From Octopus sinensis (lineage: Eukaryota), in assembly GCF_006345805.1 (NCBI RefSeq), contig NW_021834504.1, positions 1 to 48,686 on the forward strand: a stretch of 48,686 nt of DNA. Direction: 5' to 3'. A program made the position numbers and the translations under genes. The first letter of the stretch is position 1; the number at the start of each line of letters is the position of its first letter. Shown here one piece after another: positions 24,563 to 38,071 of the stretch. The notes below the pieces were generated by a model that worked only from the letters and a program-made list of their open reading frames with translations, was not told where the DNA came from and made no database searches.

Positions 24563-27505
24563 ATATATTTTTTTTTTTCTGCAGAAAATTAAGACTTACT
24601 GAGGAGCTATACGATAAATACAACGAGGACGAATCGTTAGCCAGAAATAGGGGTAACTACACCCCCTCGAAAGGTAAGAATAAAACACTTGATGATTTCT
24701 GTGACCACATATCAAATTACCATATCAACATATGCACAAACAAAAACACAAACCAAACTTCAGCAAAAAAGAATGGGCTGAGTTGAACAAATTAAAAATA
24801 GATAAAACAATAACAATCAAAGAGGCCGATAAAGGGAGTGCTGTTGTCTTAATGGATACGACATTTTACATAACTTTGGTACTTTCTATGCGGAAGACAC
24901 AACATACTATGAAAAGGCACAAAACTACAGTCAACAAAAAATAATGAGGGAACTAAAATCCATATTAAACCCATACAAAGCAGGGCTCACCGACAAAGAA
25001 TGAATATGATATATGACCAATTTCACAAGTAAAACCAGCCAATTCTACGGTATACCTAAGATCCACAAAAGTGAAAAAATAAGCAACGCATGCAAGATAG
25101 CTACAGACAAAATAATTAAAGTCCCTAATCCTAATGACCTCAAATTGAGACCCATAATAGCAGGTCCCGCATGCGAAACCCACCGCCTCAGTAATTTTTA
25201 GACACCCTGTTAAAACCACTCCTCAAACATGTCAAAAGCTATATAAGGAACGACTTAGATATGCTTAATCACCTACCGAATACTATAAAAAAAAAACACC
25301 ATACTGGTATCCTTCGATGTAGTCAACCTCTACTCCAATATCCCCCACAACCTAGGACTAGAGGCAATCCAATTCTGGCTAGAGAATCACGCCAACGAAC
25401 TACCACACCGCATCAAAAAAGAATTTGTGATAGAAGGGGTTAAATTCATCCTGGAAAATAACTTCTTCGCCTTCAATGACAACTTCTACCGACAAAAATC
25501 GGGACTCGGGGACTGCGATGGGTACACGAATGGCCCCCTCCTTTGCCAACCTAGTCATAGGATACCTAGAGATCAGTCTGTATCGTAAGGTTCTAGAAAG
25601 ATATGGCAGCCCTTTCTCCATCTACATAGAAACAACTGGAAGAGATATCTAGATGACTGTTTCATCCTTGGCATAAAAATATAGAAAAACTCATAGAATT
25701 CCAGAAAATTTTAAACGGACTGGACGTAAACATCCAATTCACGATGGAATATAGCCAACAACAACTCCCCTTCCTCGATATCCTCATTAAGAAAGCTAAT
25801 AATATAATAGAAACAGACATATCTATATAAGCCTACAGACTCTAAGCAATATCTCCATTCAATTCATGCCACCCCAGACACACACCAGGATGAATATCCC
25901 CTTCAATCTAGCAAAAAGGATATGCACTATAGTCTCTAACGCAAACACCAGAGACACACGACTACAAGAACTAAAAGATACCCTAATCACCAGGAACTAT
26001 CCACCTTCACTTATTGACAAGTGCATTCAACGTGCCCTTCAACTTAACATCAAGGAACTGAGACACATCCCAAATCAAAGAAAAACTTACAACCAAAAGC
26101 CTTACCATACATCTCCACACACAACCCTCTCAATAACGAAGCCTTCGACACCATCCTCCACAACATACCCTCCTAAAAAAAAGACCACAGAATGAACACA
26201 ATCCTCCAAACACACACGATCATAAAAAGCAAAAGACAGCCTAGATCCATGAAAAGTCTCCTTACACAAGCCCGAATTCACTCTTCAACACAGAAGCCGA
26301 CAGTAAAAAAACGTGATGGAAGACCCAATTGCGGGATATGCGACTATCTAATCGAGGGTTCTGAGTTCTCCTTCAAACAGGGACAACGGTTTACAGTGAA
26401 AAGCAACTTCACATGTGCTTCGGAGAACCTAATATACTCACTAACCTGCTCCGGGTGTCAAGAGCAGTACATAGGCCAAACAAAAAATGGTTTGCGTAAA
26501 CGAATGGCCCTGCACAGATCCCAGATAAAAATTCCCCAAAACAGAAAAATAGCTTTTAGCCAACACATAGATACTTGCGCCAACAAAAAACACCAAACTT
26601 CAGAATTTTCCCCCTCTACCAATTTAGGGACGATACAACCTCGAGACAAAGAATAAGTAAAGAAAATCTCTTATTACAAAATACAAGCCACTTCTTAACG
26701 GGTCTACGACAAACAATATATACCTCAACTTTAGAATAAAAGAAAAAATATATATACACACACAAATACTACACTCCATAGAATCCATTACTAATCAGCC
26801 CCTTCATAGCTATATTTACACCCATTCATATTCTCCCTTCTCTGTTTTTTTCTTCTTCTTCTTCTTCATCATCATCGTTATCATCATCATCGGCGTCATC
26901 ATCATCGCCACCATCATCACCACCATCTTCTCCTTCTCCTCCTTCTTCTTCTTCATCATCATCGTTATCATCATCATCGTCGTCATAATCATCACCACCA
27001 TCACCATCATCTTCTCCTTCTCCTTCTTCTTCTTCTTCTTCTTCTTCTTCTTCTTCTTCTCCACCCCCTACCCCTTAAGTTTGTCACTAATGTTTTTTAG
27101 TATAACACCTACGCTAATTCTATAAACAAGCCTGTCAATATAAATATTCTCCTGAATTGAACTGAGACTGCCAGCCGCCACTGACCATTCAAAATACGAC
27201 CATCAGGGCACTCCCAGATTCTCCCACCCCCCTTTCCTCACCAGCCTTCCCTCTACTACCCTACCAAGAACTCACAACTACCTCGAACACACAAGTGCAA
27301 ACAAGGGAGTCAGAGAAAGGCAGAATGCCACTTAAATCTGAACACTACTATAGAAATATTCTTTTAAGAAAACTTTTCTTCTAATTTTTCTAAATTTAAT
27401 TATTTAATCGTTACAGTTGAAAAGGTCTCAAAATGACCGAAACCGGTACTGAAATGTTCACTATAAAATTATTTTAGCATTTTCTATTTTTGACTGTTTT
27501 TTCAT
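24563..27505 (+). mobile_element. Penelope-like element (RT and GIY-YIG endonuclease), frameshifted, with 3' pLTR carrying an HHR
   Basis: IKEADKGSAVV, YGIPKIHK, LRPII, AMGTRMAPSFANL, RYLDD (about 25646-25657), LPFLD and GIY-YIG-type LIYSLTCSGCQEQYIGQT...RMALHR, spread over several frames; bounded by (TA)n. Confidence 0.93.
27414..27451 (+). ncRNA. Minimal type I HHR with U3-A8 variant core
   Basis: CAG UUGAAAA GGUC ucaaaau GACC GAAAC CG GU A CUG; palindromic stem III ACCGGU; located at the Penelope 3' end. Confidence 0.7.
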
Positions 27506-27551
27506 ATATATATATATATTATAATATTATATATATTATATAATATATATA

Positions 27552-27663
<112 letters not shown>

Positions 27664-28364
27664 GTATACACGCATACTCCTGTGGTGATCATGATGGCCC
27701 TGCCGTTAATGCTGAACATGGTGGCATTGTTGTTGCAGTGGTTGATGGTGGTGAAGGGAATGATGTTTCTGATTACGCTATTAGAATGGAAGTTAACTTT
27801 CAAATTTGCCACAGCATGTGTGTTTATATACATATATCTATGCACGTATGTAGGGATTTGCATATATATATACACACATGCGCATACATACATATATACA
27901 TATATACATACATACATACAGACCATATATGCATATATGGTCTGCTTGGAATCTTGCTTCAAGTTTCTGGAGCTCACATCTACAACTTTATAAGTATATT
28001 TACACTCTCTAAGATGTTTGGAAAACCTATATGAAATTAGCTGAAGATTACTTAACATATATTTGCTGTAATATTTGCAGCTTTAATAAATTGTTATAGT
28101 ATGAAACAATTGTACTAAATTACCGATCCATTCTTGCTGCTTATTTTTTGGTTATAATCACCCCACATCATTTTATGGGTAATACCATAAAAAATTCTTG
28201 TGCATCTAAGTTAAGTACCATATTCATTTGAATCTAAATTGTTTTGCTGAAATTATATATATATATATACATATGTATATATGTATATATATACGATAGA
28301 TCGTCGCCATGATTGATCGTTAGCCACTACAGGCATTTTTTTCTCTCCTTGTTTTTTTGTGTAC

Positions 28365-28400
28365 CTTTCTGTAGAAGAGCGTAGGTTCGAAACGTAAAAG
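28365..28400 (+). ncRNA. Minimal HHR-like motif (U at core position 6) in an interspersed repeat (about 28330-28495)
   Basis: CUUU CUGUAGA A GAGC guag GUUC GAAAC GU A AAAG; homolog of 6090-6127. Confidence 0.5.
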
Positions 28401-28486
28401 ACTTTTCTATTCCTGAGCGTTATACTAATACATCTGTTTGTTTTGTACACCACCTGTCTTCGTCTTTTGTTTTTTTCGTAAACTCT

Positions 28487-28575
<89 letters not shown>

Positions 28576-28654
28576 ATATGTATATATGTATGTATGCGCA
28601 TGTGTGTATGTATATATGTAAATTAATTCTTTATACAACACAGTATTGTAGTCT

Positions 28655-29095
28655 AATTTCAGCCAATTTTGCTAATCGGTTTCGTACACAAGAATTTGAA
28701 GAAAACAAGCAACCACACCACACATAGAAACTGGCTGGAAAAGTAGCACCAGGTGATCTCTAGTGGCAAAAAGACCGCGACATACTTTTCGAACTTGCCT
28801 TTCTCATGAATGCCGCGATTGGTTTTCTCGAATTCTTGTGTACAAAACCAATTGGTAAAATCGACCACAGTTGGGTCTATAGAACTGTATTCTACAAATA
28901 ATTAATGTAACCAGCTTAAAATCAAATATAAGTGTGTCTGATTTTTCTGATTCTTCGATTTCTGCCAATTTGACTAATCTGTTTCGAATACAAGAATTTG
29001 AAGAAAACAAACAACCACAGCACATAAAAACTGGCTGGTAAAAGATAGCATCATGTGATCTCTCGTGGCAAAAAGACCGCGACATACGTTCTAAA
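28655..29095. repeat. Diverged ~140-bp direct repeat (period about 300) with an internal inverted copy
   Basis: 28659-28795 resembles 28959-29090; about 28822-28860 is the reverse complement of about 28670-28710. Confidence 0.7.
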
Positions 29096-29301
29096 GCCCC
29101 CTGCGATAGGTGGAAATCCGTGAAGTAGAAACAGTACTGTACTGTTTATATATATTTTTTTGTTATTATTATAATTTGTATATATCTATTTTATTATAAA
29201 TGCAAAACAACACCACAGAAGAATCGACGTAAGTTTAGATGATAAACGGCGATAAGTGAACCGCGAATAGCAAAGGATTACTGAATATATGTGTGTTTTT
29301 A

Positions 29302-29378
<77 letters not shown>

Positions 29379-29455
29379 CATACTTACATAGACAAACACA
29401 CATATATATACATTTATACACACACACACACACATATATATATATAGAGAGAGAG

Positions 29456-29617
<162 letters not shown>

Positions 29618-30678
29618 GTAAGTGTATGTGCTTATGTATGCGACACCCAACACTGTATGCGCGTTATCCCAATATCACAGAGCTTTGTATGTATGCATGT
29701 CTATGTATACTGTATAAAATATATGTATGAGTGTACGTACGAATGTATGTATATCTATTTATATTTACATATATGTGTGCGTGTGTGTGTGTGTATGTAT
29801 GTATGTGTGTGTGTGCGTGTATGTCTGTGAAGTGACGTGCACATAAATAATGCTGTTTGATAAGAATTTTGCAGCGGTCGTTGACCTGGTAAGCACGTAC
29901 CCCACCCCCACCGTCTTAACGCTTTTTCCAAACTTTACAAAAAAGCGTTGTTGCTGCTTAGCGACCGGTCACTTGCGTAAGAGTATAACTCTGATCAGAA
30001 GTGTTCAAACTTCTGCCCAGTTGTTGTCTGAGATATAATGTATCCAAAACTAAATTCCACACGATATTTTTTCAAAGATTGTAAGGAGCATGGTGAGAGA
30101 TTTGACTGCTATTCCTAACAGATCTAGCTACTCTATAGTGGTTATTACATCAACATCGTTATGGGGTAATTTTCCTGGAACTGTACCCGTCTATGCTAAA
30201 TCACTATAAACTTTCAACTTCTCGATTTTCTTGATTTCCTCCTATTTATATATATATTTTTAATCTCTCCTGTATAAATATTCTACAAAAGATCTCATGC
30301 CTTGCAACTGTCAGTTCATAATTTATTCTATTACTCCTAAATTGATTTCCATAAATAATCTATCAGCTGATAAACTATTCAAATCTCTTTCGTCGAGTAA
30401 AATGCTTTCATTTTATAACTTTCCTATATCTCTTATTTTGTAATGTAAATTATGTAAAGTAGATCCTTAATTATCTCGTACGAAAGAAAATAGACTAAAT
30501 TAAAATGGCAACTTCTGTATAAAAATAGATATGGCGACTTCTGAAGGAGTTTATAGTTAAAAGGCGAAATTAAACTGAATTAACTCATTACAACCTTCAA
30601 AAAAATTTTCATTAAAATTCGCATCTCTGTAATGATTTCTTTACAGGACAGACATGTATGACAGAAGACATCATTATA

Positions 30679-30912
30679 AGACGGCGAGCTGGCAGAATCG
30701 TTAGCACGCCAGGTGAAATGCTTAGCAGTATTTCGTTTGGCGCTGCGTTCTGAGTTCAAATTCCGCCGAAGTCGACTTTGCCTTTCATCCTTTCGGGGTC
30801 GATAAATTAAGTACCATTTACGCACTGGAGTCGATGTAATCAACTTAATCCCTTTGTCTGTCCTTGTTTGTCCCCTCTATGTTTAGCCCCTTGTGGGCAA
30901 TAAAGAAATAAG
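30679..30912 (+). mobile_element. SINE family A, full length
   Basis: Near-identical to 282-512. Confidence 0.88.
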
Positions 30913-31786
30913 TAGACATCATTAGTTATCTCCCTTATATTAAAGAATGAATGTAAACAATGTTAGTACTGTTCTTGTGAGGTCGGGCATTTCAGAATTG
31001 ATTGATTGATACAGTCGATTGTGGTACCGTGCCTTATATTAATTTAAGATTTAAACAATTGTGCAAAGATTATGCAGTCTAATTCATTCCATTCAAAATA
31101 AACTACATTAACATAAAAAGTATGATAAAACTGACATCTGTCACGTCGATGGTCTCCCTTGCGATAGAAATGAACGAACCGATTACAATCAATAGCTGAT
31201 TCTTTTGAATGAGTGGCATCAATCTTTTGATAAGGATTATTGTGGTGCGCGGAATAATATTTTATAATAGTGCAACATATAGGTGCAGGTGTGACTGCAT
31301 GGTATGAAGTTCGCTGGCAGAATCGTTAGCACACCGGGCGAAATGCTTAGCGGTATTTCTCTGCCGCTACGTTCTACGTTCTGTGGATAGCTAATTGGGC
31401 CTGTGACCCAAAACTAAAGCGAAAAATACTAAAGCATTTATTGGTACCCTACTTTGAATTCAGTTTAAATGAAAAGCTTGTAAGTTCACAAATTTTTGGA
31501 GTTCATTTGAAATTTGAATTTTCAACTGTTAGCATGCAACAAATACTCATCCAGACCTGATCCCAATGCTGAATGTCCAAGAACCGAATGAAGGGCAGAC
31601 TTTCAATCCCGGGATCATCCTGATTCCAAAGAGGTATAATATGTCTATGTAAAGCAAATGTAGATTGAAATACAGGGGTCCTGGACGAACAGACAGACAA
31701 ACAGAATTTCGCATTTATTGTTATTATTATTATAAGAAGTAAGATTTTATTCAGTTTCAGAAAAGATAAACGAAAGTTTATCGTAT

Positions 31787-31948
31787 GAGTTCAAATTCCG
31801 CCGAAGTCCACTTTGCCTTTCATCCTTTCGGGGTCGATAAATTAAGTACCAGTTACGCACTGGGGTCGATGTAATCGACTTAATCCCTTTGTCTGTCCTT
31901 GTTTGTCCCCCTCTATGTTTAGCCCCTTGTGGGCAATAAAGAAATAAG
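31787..31948 (+). mobile_element. 5'-truncated SINE family A with probable ~20-bp TSD
   Basis: agaaaagataaacgaaagtt before and agaaacgataaacgaaagtt after the copy. Confidence 0.75.
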
Positions 31949-32685
31949 AAACGATAAACGAAAGTTGTGGTGGAAGAAAAGTGTTACAACAAAAGTAGAA
32001 CGGTAGAAATATTTTTTCTGTTAATTCAAATAATAATGGAAAGGCTTAAAATAAATGGGGTGGGGCGGAAACGAGAGAATTTATCTGACAAGCCAATGTA
32101 TTGAAAATATTAAGAACAACGGCAGTACATAAATAACAATAAAATTACTCATCAAGGTTATTCGCTCCATCTTTACTTAACATTCTTTAGTATAGTGTAA
32201 GTAAAGTAATGTGGTTGGCTGGCATCAATTGACGACGAGCGGATACACATCAAAATCTATTCAGTATTAATACATCTGGCGTTCAAAGCTGTTGTTACGG
32301 AGCATGAGAGGCTGTGAACAAGATAACAATTGCATTAACAGGCGTTGCTTGCTGTATTGTAGTATAATAGACAACCGCGCGAAATAGAACCAGTTTGGGT
32401 TTAAAGGAAGTCTAAACAGATATTTCCATATGTCAACACAAAAAGGGTGTGTAACAATGATGGTTACATCAACTGATTACTTTAACAACAGTGGTTCTCT
32501 TTGCTTGTTTGTTTGATTGTTTGTTGTTGTTTCATAGAAGATATTGAAGAAATCTCAACTCGTCACAAGGAACAACACGACAAAGACAAGTGCCCATGCC
32601 TAAAATATAACATAATGCTATCAGACTTATCGTTTTAATCGCCCTTGTCGTCGTTGCTGTCTTTGATGTTACTATCAGCAACATG

Positions 32686-32738
<53 letters not shown>

Positions 32739-32739
<1 letters not shown>

Positions 32740-32810
32740 CACATACCCAAGGCACACAGAGCTGCGCTCGGTAGTGAAGCGAAAGCACGCTATAAAAATA
32801 AAACTACTGA
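32739..32810 (+). mobile_element. 72-bp 3' end of the R4/Dong element in (TAA)n
   Basis: gcacatacccaaggcacacagagctgcgctcggtagtgaag...aaaactactga matches the 3' terminus at 19525/20383. Confidence 0.9.
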
Positions 32811-32819
32811 ATAATAATA

Positions 32820-32857
<38 letters not shown>

Positions 32858-32960
32858 TAATAATAATAATAATAATAATGATGATGATGATGATAATAAT
32901 AATAATAATAATAATATAATAATAATATATAATAATAATATAATAATAATAATAATAATA

Positions 32961-32994
<34 letters not shown>

Positions 32995-32995
<1 letters not shown>

Positions 32996-33062
32996 CACAT
33001 ACCCAATGCACACAGAGCTGCGCTCGGTAGTGAAGTGAAAGCACGCTATAAAAATAGAACTA

Positions 33063-33066
<4 letters not shown>
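32995..33066 (+). mobile_element. Second 72-bp R4/Dong 3' end in (TAA)n
   Basis: Same start and end as 32739-32810, with 3 substitutions. Confidence 0.9.
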
Positions 33067-33136
<70 letters not shown>

Positions 33137-33185
33137 TGACAACAACAACAATAATAATAATAACAACAACAACAATAACTAATAA

Positions 33186-33348
33186 TTTTGTCACAAGAGC
33201 AGCAATTTGGGGGAATGGGATGAGTCGATTACATCGACTCCAGTGTTTAACTGGTACTTATTTTATCGACCCCCGGAAGGTTGAAAGGAAAAGTCGACCT
33301 CGGCGGAATTTGAACTCAGAACGTGAGGACGGACGAAATGCCACAATA
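33186..33348 (-). mobile_element. SINE family A variant, 5'-incomplete
   Basis: gtcgattacatcgactccag...gtcgacctcggcggaatttgaactcagaacg. Confidence 0.75.
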
Positions 33349-33483
33349 TTGTTGGAAAAGAAAAATAGTAGAGATTAAATGCAAGGTATACATAATTGAG
33401 TTTTTAAATGACTGAAATAACAATTAAGAATGCGACATTTCATGTGAAACAATCTAATATATATATATATACATATATATATA

Positions 33484-34327
33484 TAGGGAGAATTAGAGAA
33501 CGATTGGTAAACTGTCGCCATTTTATATTTTTAATTTTGCGCATGCACATTGTTTGTTTTTGGTTTTCCCGACCACACAGTATAGCATGGGCAGTTAGGC
33601 ACCGTCTGAGAGAAAAACAGCACAATGATGCAATTCACTGTGCCAGAAATTTGGAAACGACGTGCTGTACTACTTGGCATTCGCGCTGGAAGCTCCAATA
33701 CGAACATTTCAGAGTATTTGCGTGTCAATCTGAGAACAATGCAATCTCAGGATATGTACTGAGAGTGATAAAAATAAAACATATAGTCAACATTATGGTG
33801 TTTGGAGTTACCTCCATTCATCTTACCTCAGACTCAACATGGAGGCTTACATCAAGTGCTGCCCTGGATCAAGAGGATGTCTGCTGGAAGACCCTATGTC
33901 TGACAACAGGACTCTGTACCATGCCACACAAGCAAGAGAACACAGTCGTGGCTATCAGACAATTTCTGCGACCACATCATCCCTAACATCTGGCTACCTA
34001 ACTCTCTAGACAGCAAAAAAAAACTCTAGATTATTGAGTGTGGGGCACAGTTGAGTGAGAGACCAACAAAACTGCTTGTAACACCTAAGATGAACTGAAG
34101 GCAAGGATTATGGCAGCATTCACCAACTTCAACAAGGAGAACGTCCAGAAGAGTTGCATGAGATTCCGAAGTCGTTGAGAAGCCAATGGTTGAAGCCAAT
34201 GGCGATTTTATCAGATAAATTTACTCTTTAGTATTTCAAGATATTTTATATGTAATTTTGGTAAAATAAGATGTCGGTGTTAACTTCATTTTTGCGTAAT
34301 TTAGACGACAGTTTATTCACCGCACCC

Positions 34328-34329
<2 letters not shown>
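33484..34329 (+). mobile_element. Internally deleted Tc1/mariner transposon, DD37D (maT)-type
   Basis: HTH-like KRRAVLLGIRAGSSNTNISEYLRVNL, then QQDSVPCHTSKRTQSWL...IWLPNSLD...LDY*VWG...ELKARI...EANG. 37 residues between the second and third D by manual count with one frameshift corrected. Degenerate TIRs (taggg...taaactgtcg) in TA context. Confidence 0.8.
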
Positions 34330-34358
<29 letters not shown>

Positions 34359-34369
34359 ATATATATATA

Positions 34370-34407
<38 letters not shown>

Positions 34408-34461
34408 TACGTATATACGATGAGATAGATAGATAGATAGATAGATGATAGATAGATAGAT

Positions 34462-34532
<71 letters not shown>

Positions 34533-35040
34533 TACATATATATGTTCTTAAGTTGTATCGTAAAAACGTCTTTTTTGTTTTGCTTGTTTTTTTTCATTCA
34601 CAGGAATGAAAGTGAATCGTGTTTTAATTAATAAACATTTTAAATAAGAGATACCATCGAGAAGTGGTTGGGTGGCTTCTGTCAGCTACTAACTAATTAG
34701 GACAAATCTAAAAGAAAATAAATTAACTTCTACAGAAAAATAACGAAATCTAATCTTTAAATTACAAAAATATACGAGACCGGAGTGGAAAAGACTCAAA
34801 GAAACTAAAAATGTCAAAAACAGTCATTTTAACAATTTTCACATCAACAGCTGAATAAATTTGTTTTCTGCAGACATTTTCAGGGTTTTTTTATATATAT
34901 TTAATTCTTTTTTTTATATATATAAGTTATTATAATTCATGTTAGAATTTAATTTAATTTAATTTTAATTAAAATAAAAGAAAAGACTATGAAGGAAAAA
35001 TAAAGAAAACATTATTACTGTGATAATTGTTGTTGTTATA

Positions 35041-35936
35041 AGGGCGGTGAGCTGGCAGAATCGTTAGCACGCCGGGTGAAATGCTTAGTGGTATTTCGTC
35101 TGTCGTTACGTTCTGAGTTCAAATTCCGCCGAGGTCGACTTTGCCTTTCATCCTTTCGGGTGTCGATAAATTAAGTACCAGTTACGCACTGGGATCGATG
35201 TAATCGGCTTAATTCCTTTGTCTGTCCTTGTTTGTTTCCTCTATGTTTAGCCCCTTGTGGGCAATAAAGATTTAAGAATCGTTAGCATGCCGGGCATAAT
35301 GCTTAGCAGCATTTCGTCCGTCTTTATATTCTGAGTTCAAATTCCGCTGAAGTCGACTTTACCTTTCGTCTTTTCGGGGTCAATAAAAAGAAATACTAGG
35401 GGTTAATGTAATCGACTACCACACTTACCCCTATACTTCAGGCCTTGTTCCTATAGTAGAAAGGGTTATTGTTATAAGGGCGGGCTGGCAGAATCTTTAG
35501 CGCTGTGGGCAAAATGTTTTGCGATATTTCGTCGGTCCTTTACGTTCTGAGTTCAAATTCTGCCGAAGTCGACTTTGCCTTTCATCCTTTCGGGGTCGAT
35601 GAAATAAGAACCACTTAAACACTCGGATCGATTTAAACACCTTACCCCTCCCCTAAAATTGCTGGTCTTGTGCCAAAATTTGAAACCAATTATTTTTGTG
35701 GTTGCGGTTATTTCTTAAGGTAGCGGGATGCCAGAATCGTTAGCACGCCGGACGAGATGTTCTACAGATTTTGTTCGGCTATTTATACTCTGAGTTCGCA
35801 TTCTGCTGTGGTCGAATTTTTCTTCCATCTTTTCGGAGTCGATAAGTACTACTTGAACACTGGGGGGAGGGGGTCTATATAATAGACTAGCCTCACCCCT
35901 TGAATATCAAGCATTGTGCCTGTTGTAAAAACGGAT

Positions 35937-35983
<47 letters not shown>

Positions 35984-36040
35984 TGGCGATAAGCTGGCAG
36001 AATCGTTAGTGCGTTGGACAAAAGGTTAGCAGTTTCTTTT
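35041..36040 (+). mobile_element. Cluster of five same-orientation SINE family A copies/variants
   Basis: Heads at about 35041, 35275, 35477, 35718 and 35983. Confidence 0.8.
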
Positions 36041-36049
36041 CCAGCGCCC

Positions 36050-36560
36050 TCCGTGCAAAGCTGAAATCCTAGCGATTTACTCTCAATTACAAAGTCCATC
36101 CCCTCCTCAACGTAGACGCTGGCAACGGGTAGTGTCAGAGCTATGCCGTCGGGAACTTCGGTTCCTGGTAGGGCCACCCAAGGCGGATTGGTCTGACACC
36201 GAGTGGTATTAGGGTCACAACCCGGCAGACGGAGCTGTGGTGAAAATCCTCGGAGTGTCTGTTTCGGCAACCGGTCGTTCTGTCCTTGCGTCTGCGGACA
36301 ATCTGCGGCAAACAGGATGTCTCTACATGCGGGATTGTTGGGGACCGCTTGTGAAATTCATATTCCCACGAAACTTCTTCCACTGCCATGGTTCGAGATG
36401 CCTCGAGGGTGGTGGAAGAAGCCGACTCAACCCGCCCAGGGTGAATGTCGCCACAAGTACAAGTAATTCCATACCTATTACTATTGGAGCAACAGATAGG
36501 TACCAACCCGTCGAGGGCAAAGTATGGCAGAACTTAGGTTCTTGGGGAGAGAACGCAACT
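36050..36560 (-). mobile_element. Probable RTE-type LINE 5' UTR fragment
   Basis: GC-rich island; minus strand ggccctaccaggaaccgaagttcccgacggcatagctct resembles a recalled RTE 5' UTR motif. Confidence 0.45.
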
Positions 36561-36729
36561 TATTAATGCATACCCTACAAGTGGACACGATATGTGGAAC
36601 TGTAAAAATCTTCAAAACCTTTTTTAAGATTTGACGGATGATGAGCAAAGCAGTTCTTTCCTTCCCAGACTGACTACCAAGCGGGTGGCCAGTTAAATTT
36701 AACTTTAAAGTTAAAAAAAGAAAAAGAAA

Positions 36730-37745
36730 ACATGTATGTATGATGCATACTTACACATACGAACATACATGCATACATATATTCAGACACACAGACAGAC
36801 AGACAGGCGGTCTTATATGCATACATATGTACATACGTACATATACAATCCGTGCATACATATTGACATACGGGCACGCACACACACATATGTACATCCA
36901 TACATATATACATACATACAAACATATATATACACATACAAATATACACACATACAAATGTACATACATACACGCGTACATACATACATACATACATACA
37001 CATACATACATACATATACATGCATGCATACATACATACACACATACATACATGCATACAATCATACATAGTAACATACATGCATACACACAAACATACA
37101 TGCATACATACATACAGGCGTATTTACATACGTACGTCAGTACATAGATACATACACACATACTTACATACACACACACACACACACACATACATACATA
37201 CATACATACATACATACATACATACACACACACATATAATACATACATACATACATACATACAAACAGACAAAAATACCATGTTGTGTATGTCGAAATTC
37301 CAATAAAGGAGCCTTGGATCTAGGTTCGAAACCTGCTCTTTCTCTATTGGCAAGAAATCTTGAAATAAAACTAAATAGTGACATACATACATACATACAT
37401 ACATACATACATACATACATACATACATACATACATACATACATACATGTATGCATGTCTAGATATGCAATTATATGCAAGAGAAAACATACAAAGCATA
37501 CAAATTTGCGTATATACATACATAGATACATACATGCATGCATACAAACAAACAAAAATACCCTGATGTTGATGTTGAAATTCAAATGAAGGAGCCATGG
37601 ATCTAGGTTCGAAACCGGTTCTTTCTCTATTGTCAAGAAATCTCGAAATAAAACTGAATCATGACATACATACATACATGTCGATTTTTTTTCACCATTT
37701 TCTAGACTCATTAAACATTTAATGTGCATACATAAACATAAATGC
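36730..37745. repeat. (TACA)n-rich compound microsatellite containing two diverged ~120-bp direct repeats
   Basis: 37265-37380 and 37548-37668 share ggagcc.tggatctaggttcgaaacc...ctttctctattg.caagaaatct.gaaataaaact. Confidence 0.85.
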
Positions 37746-38071
37746 ACATATCTTATTGTGTGTGTGTGTATCTAACACACAAACACTTAACCTCACGTCT
37801 ATATGCATGTGTGTGTGTGTGTGTAGGTAAGTATGTTCGTGTGTGTGTGTGCTCATATCTATGCATATTTAGCTGCACTTTGCTAAATGTCTGCATTCTG
37901 AGTGTTGTGTGAAATCTAGAGAAAGCAACACACCCACGCCAATGTATAAATATATGCGTGTTTCTGTATGCATTTGCGCGTATGCAATTATCTCTAGCTT
38001 AGCGAGCAGCAACGCTTTGGTAACGGAAAAAAAAAACAAGAACCCCCCCCCCCCAAAAAAAAAATTGTATC

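Noticed and set aside
30535-30585. ctgaagg...ggcgaaattaa as an HHR relic
   Set aside because: A9 is absent and stems II and I do not form convincingly.
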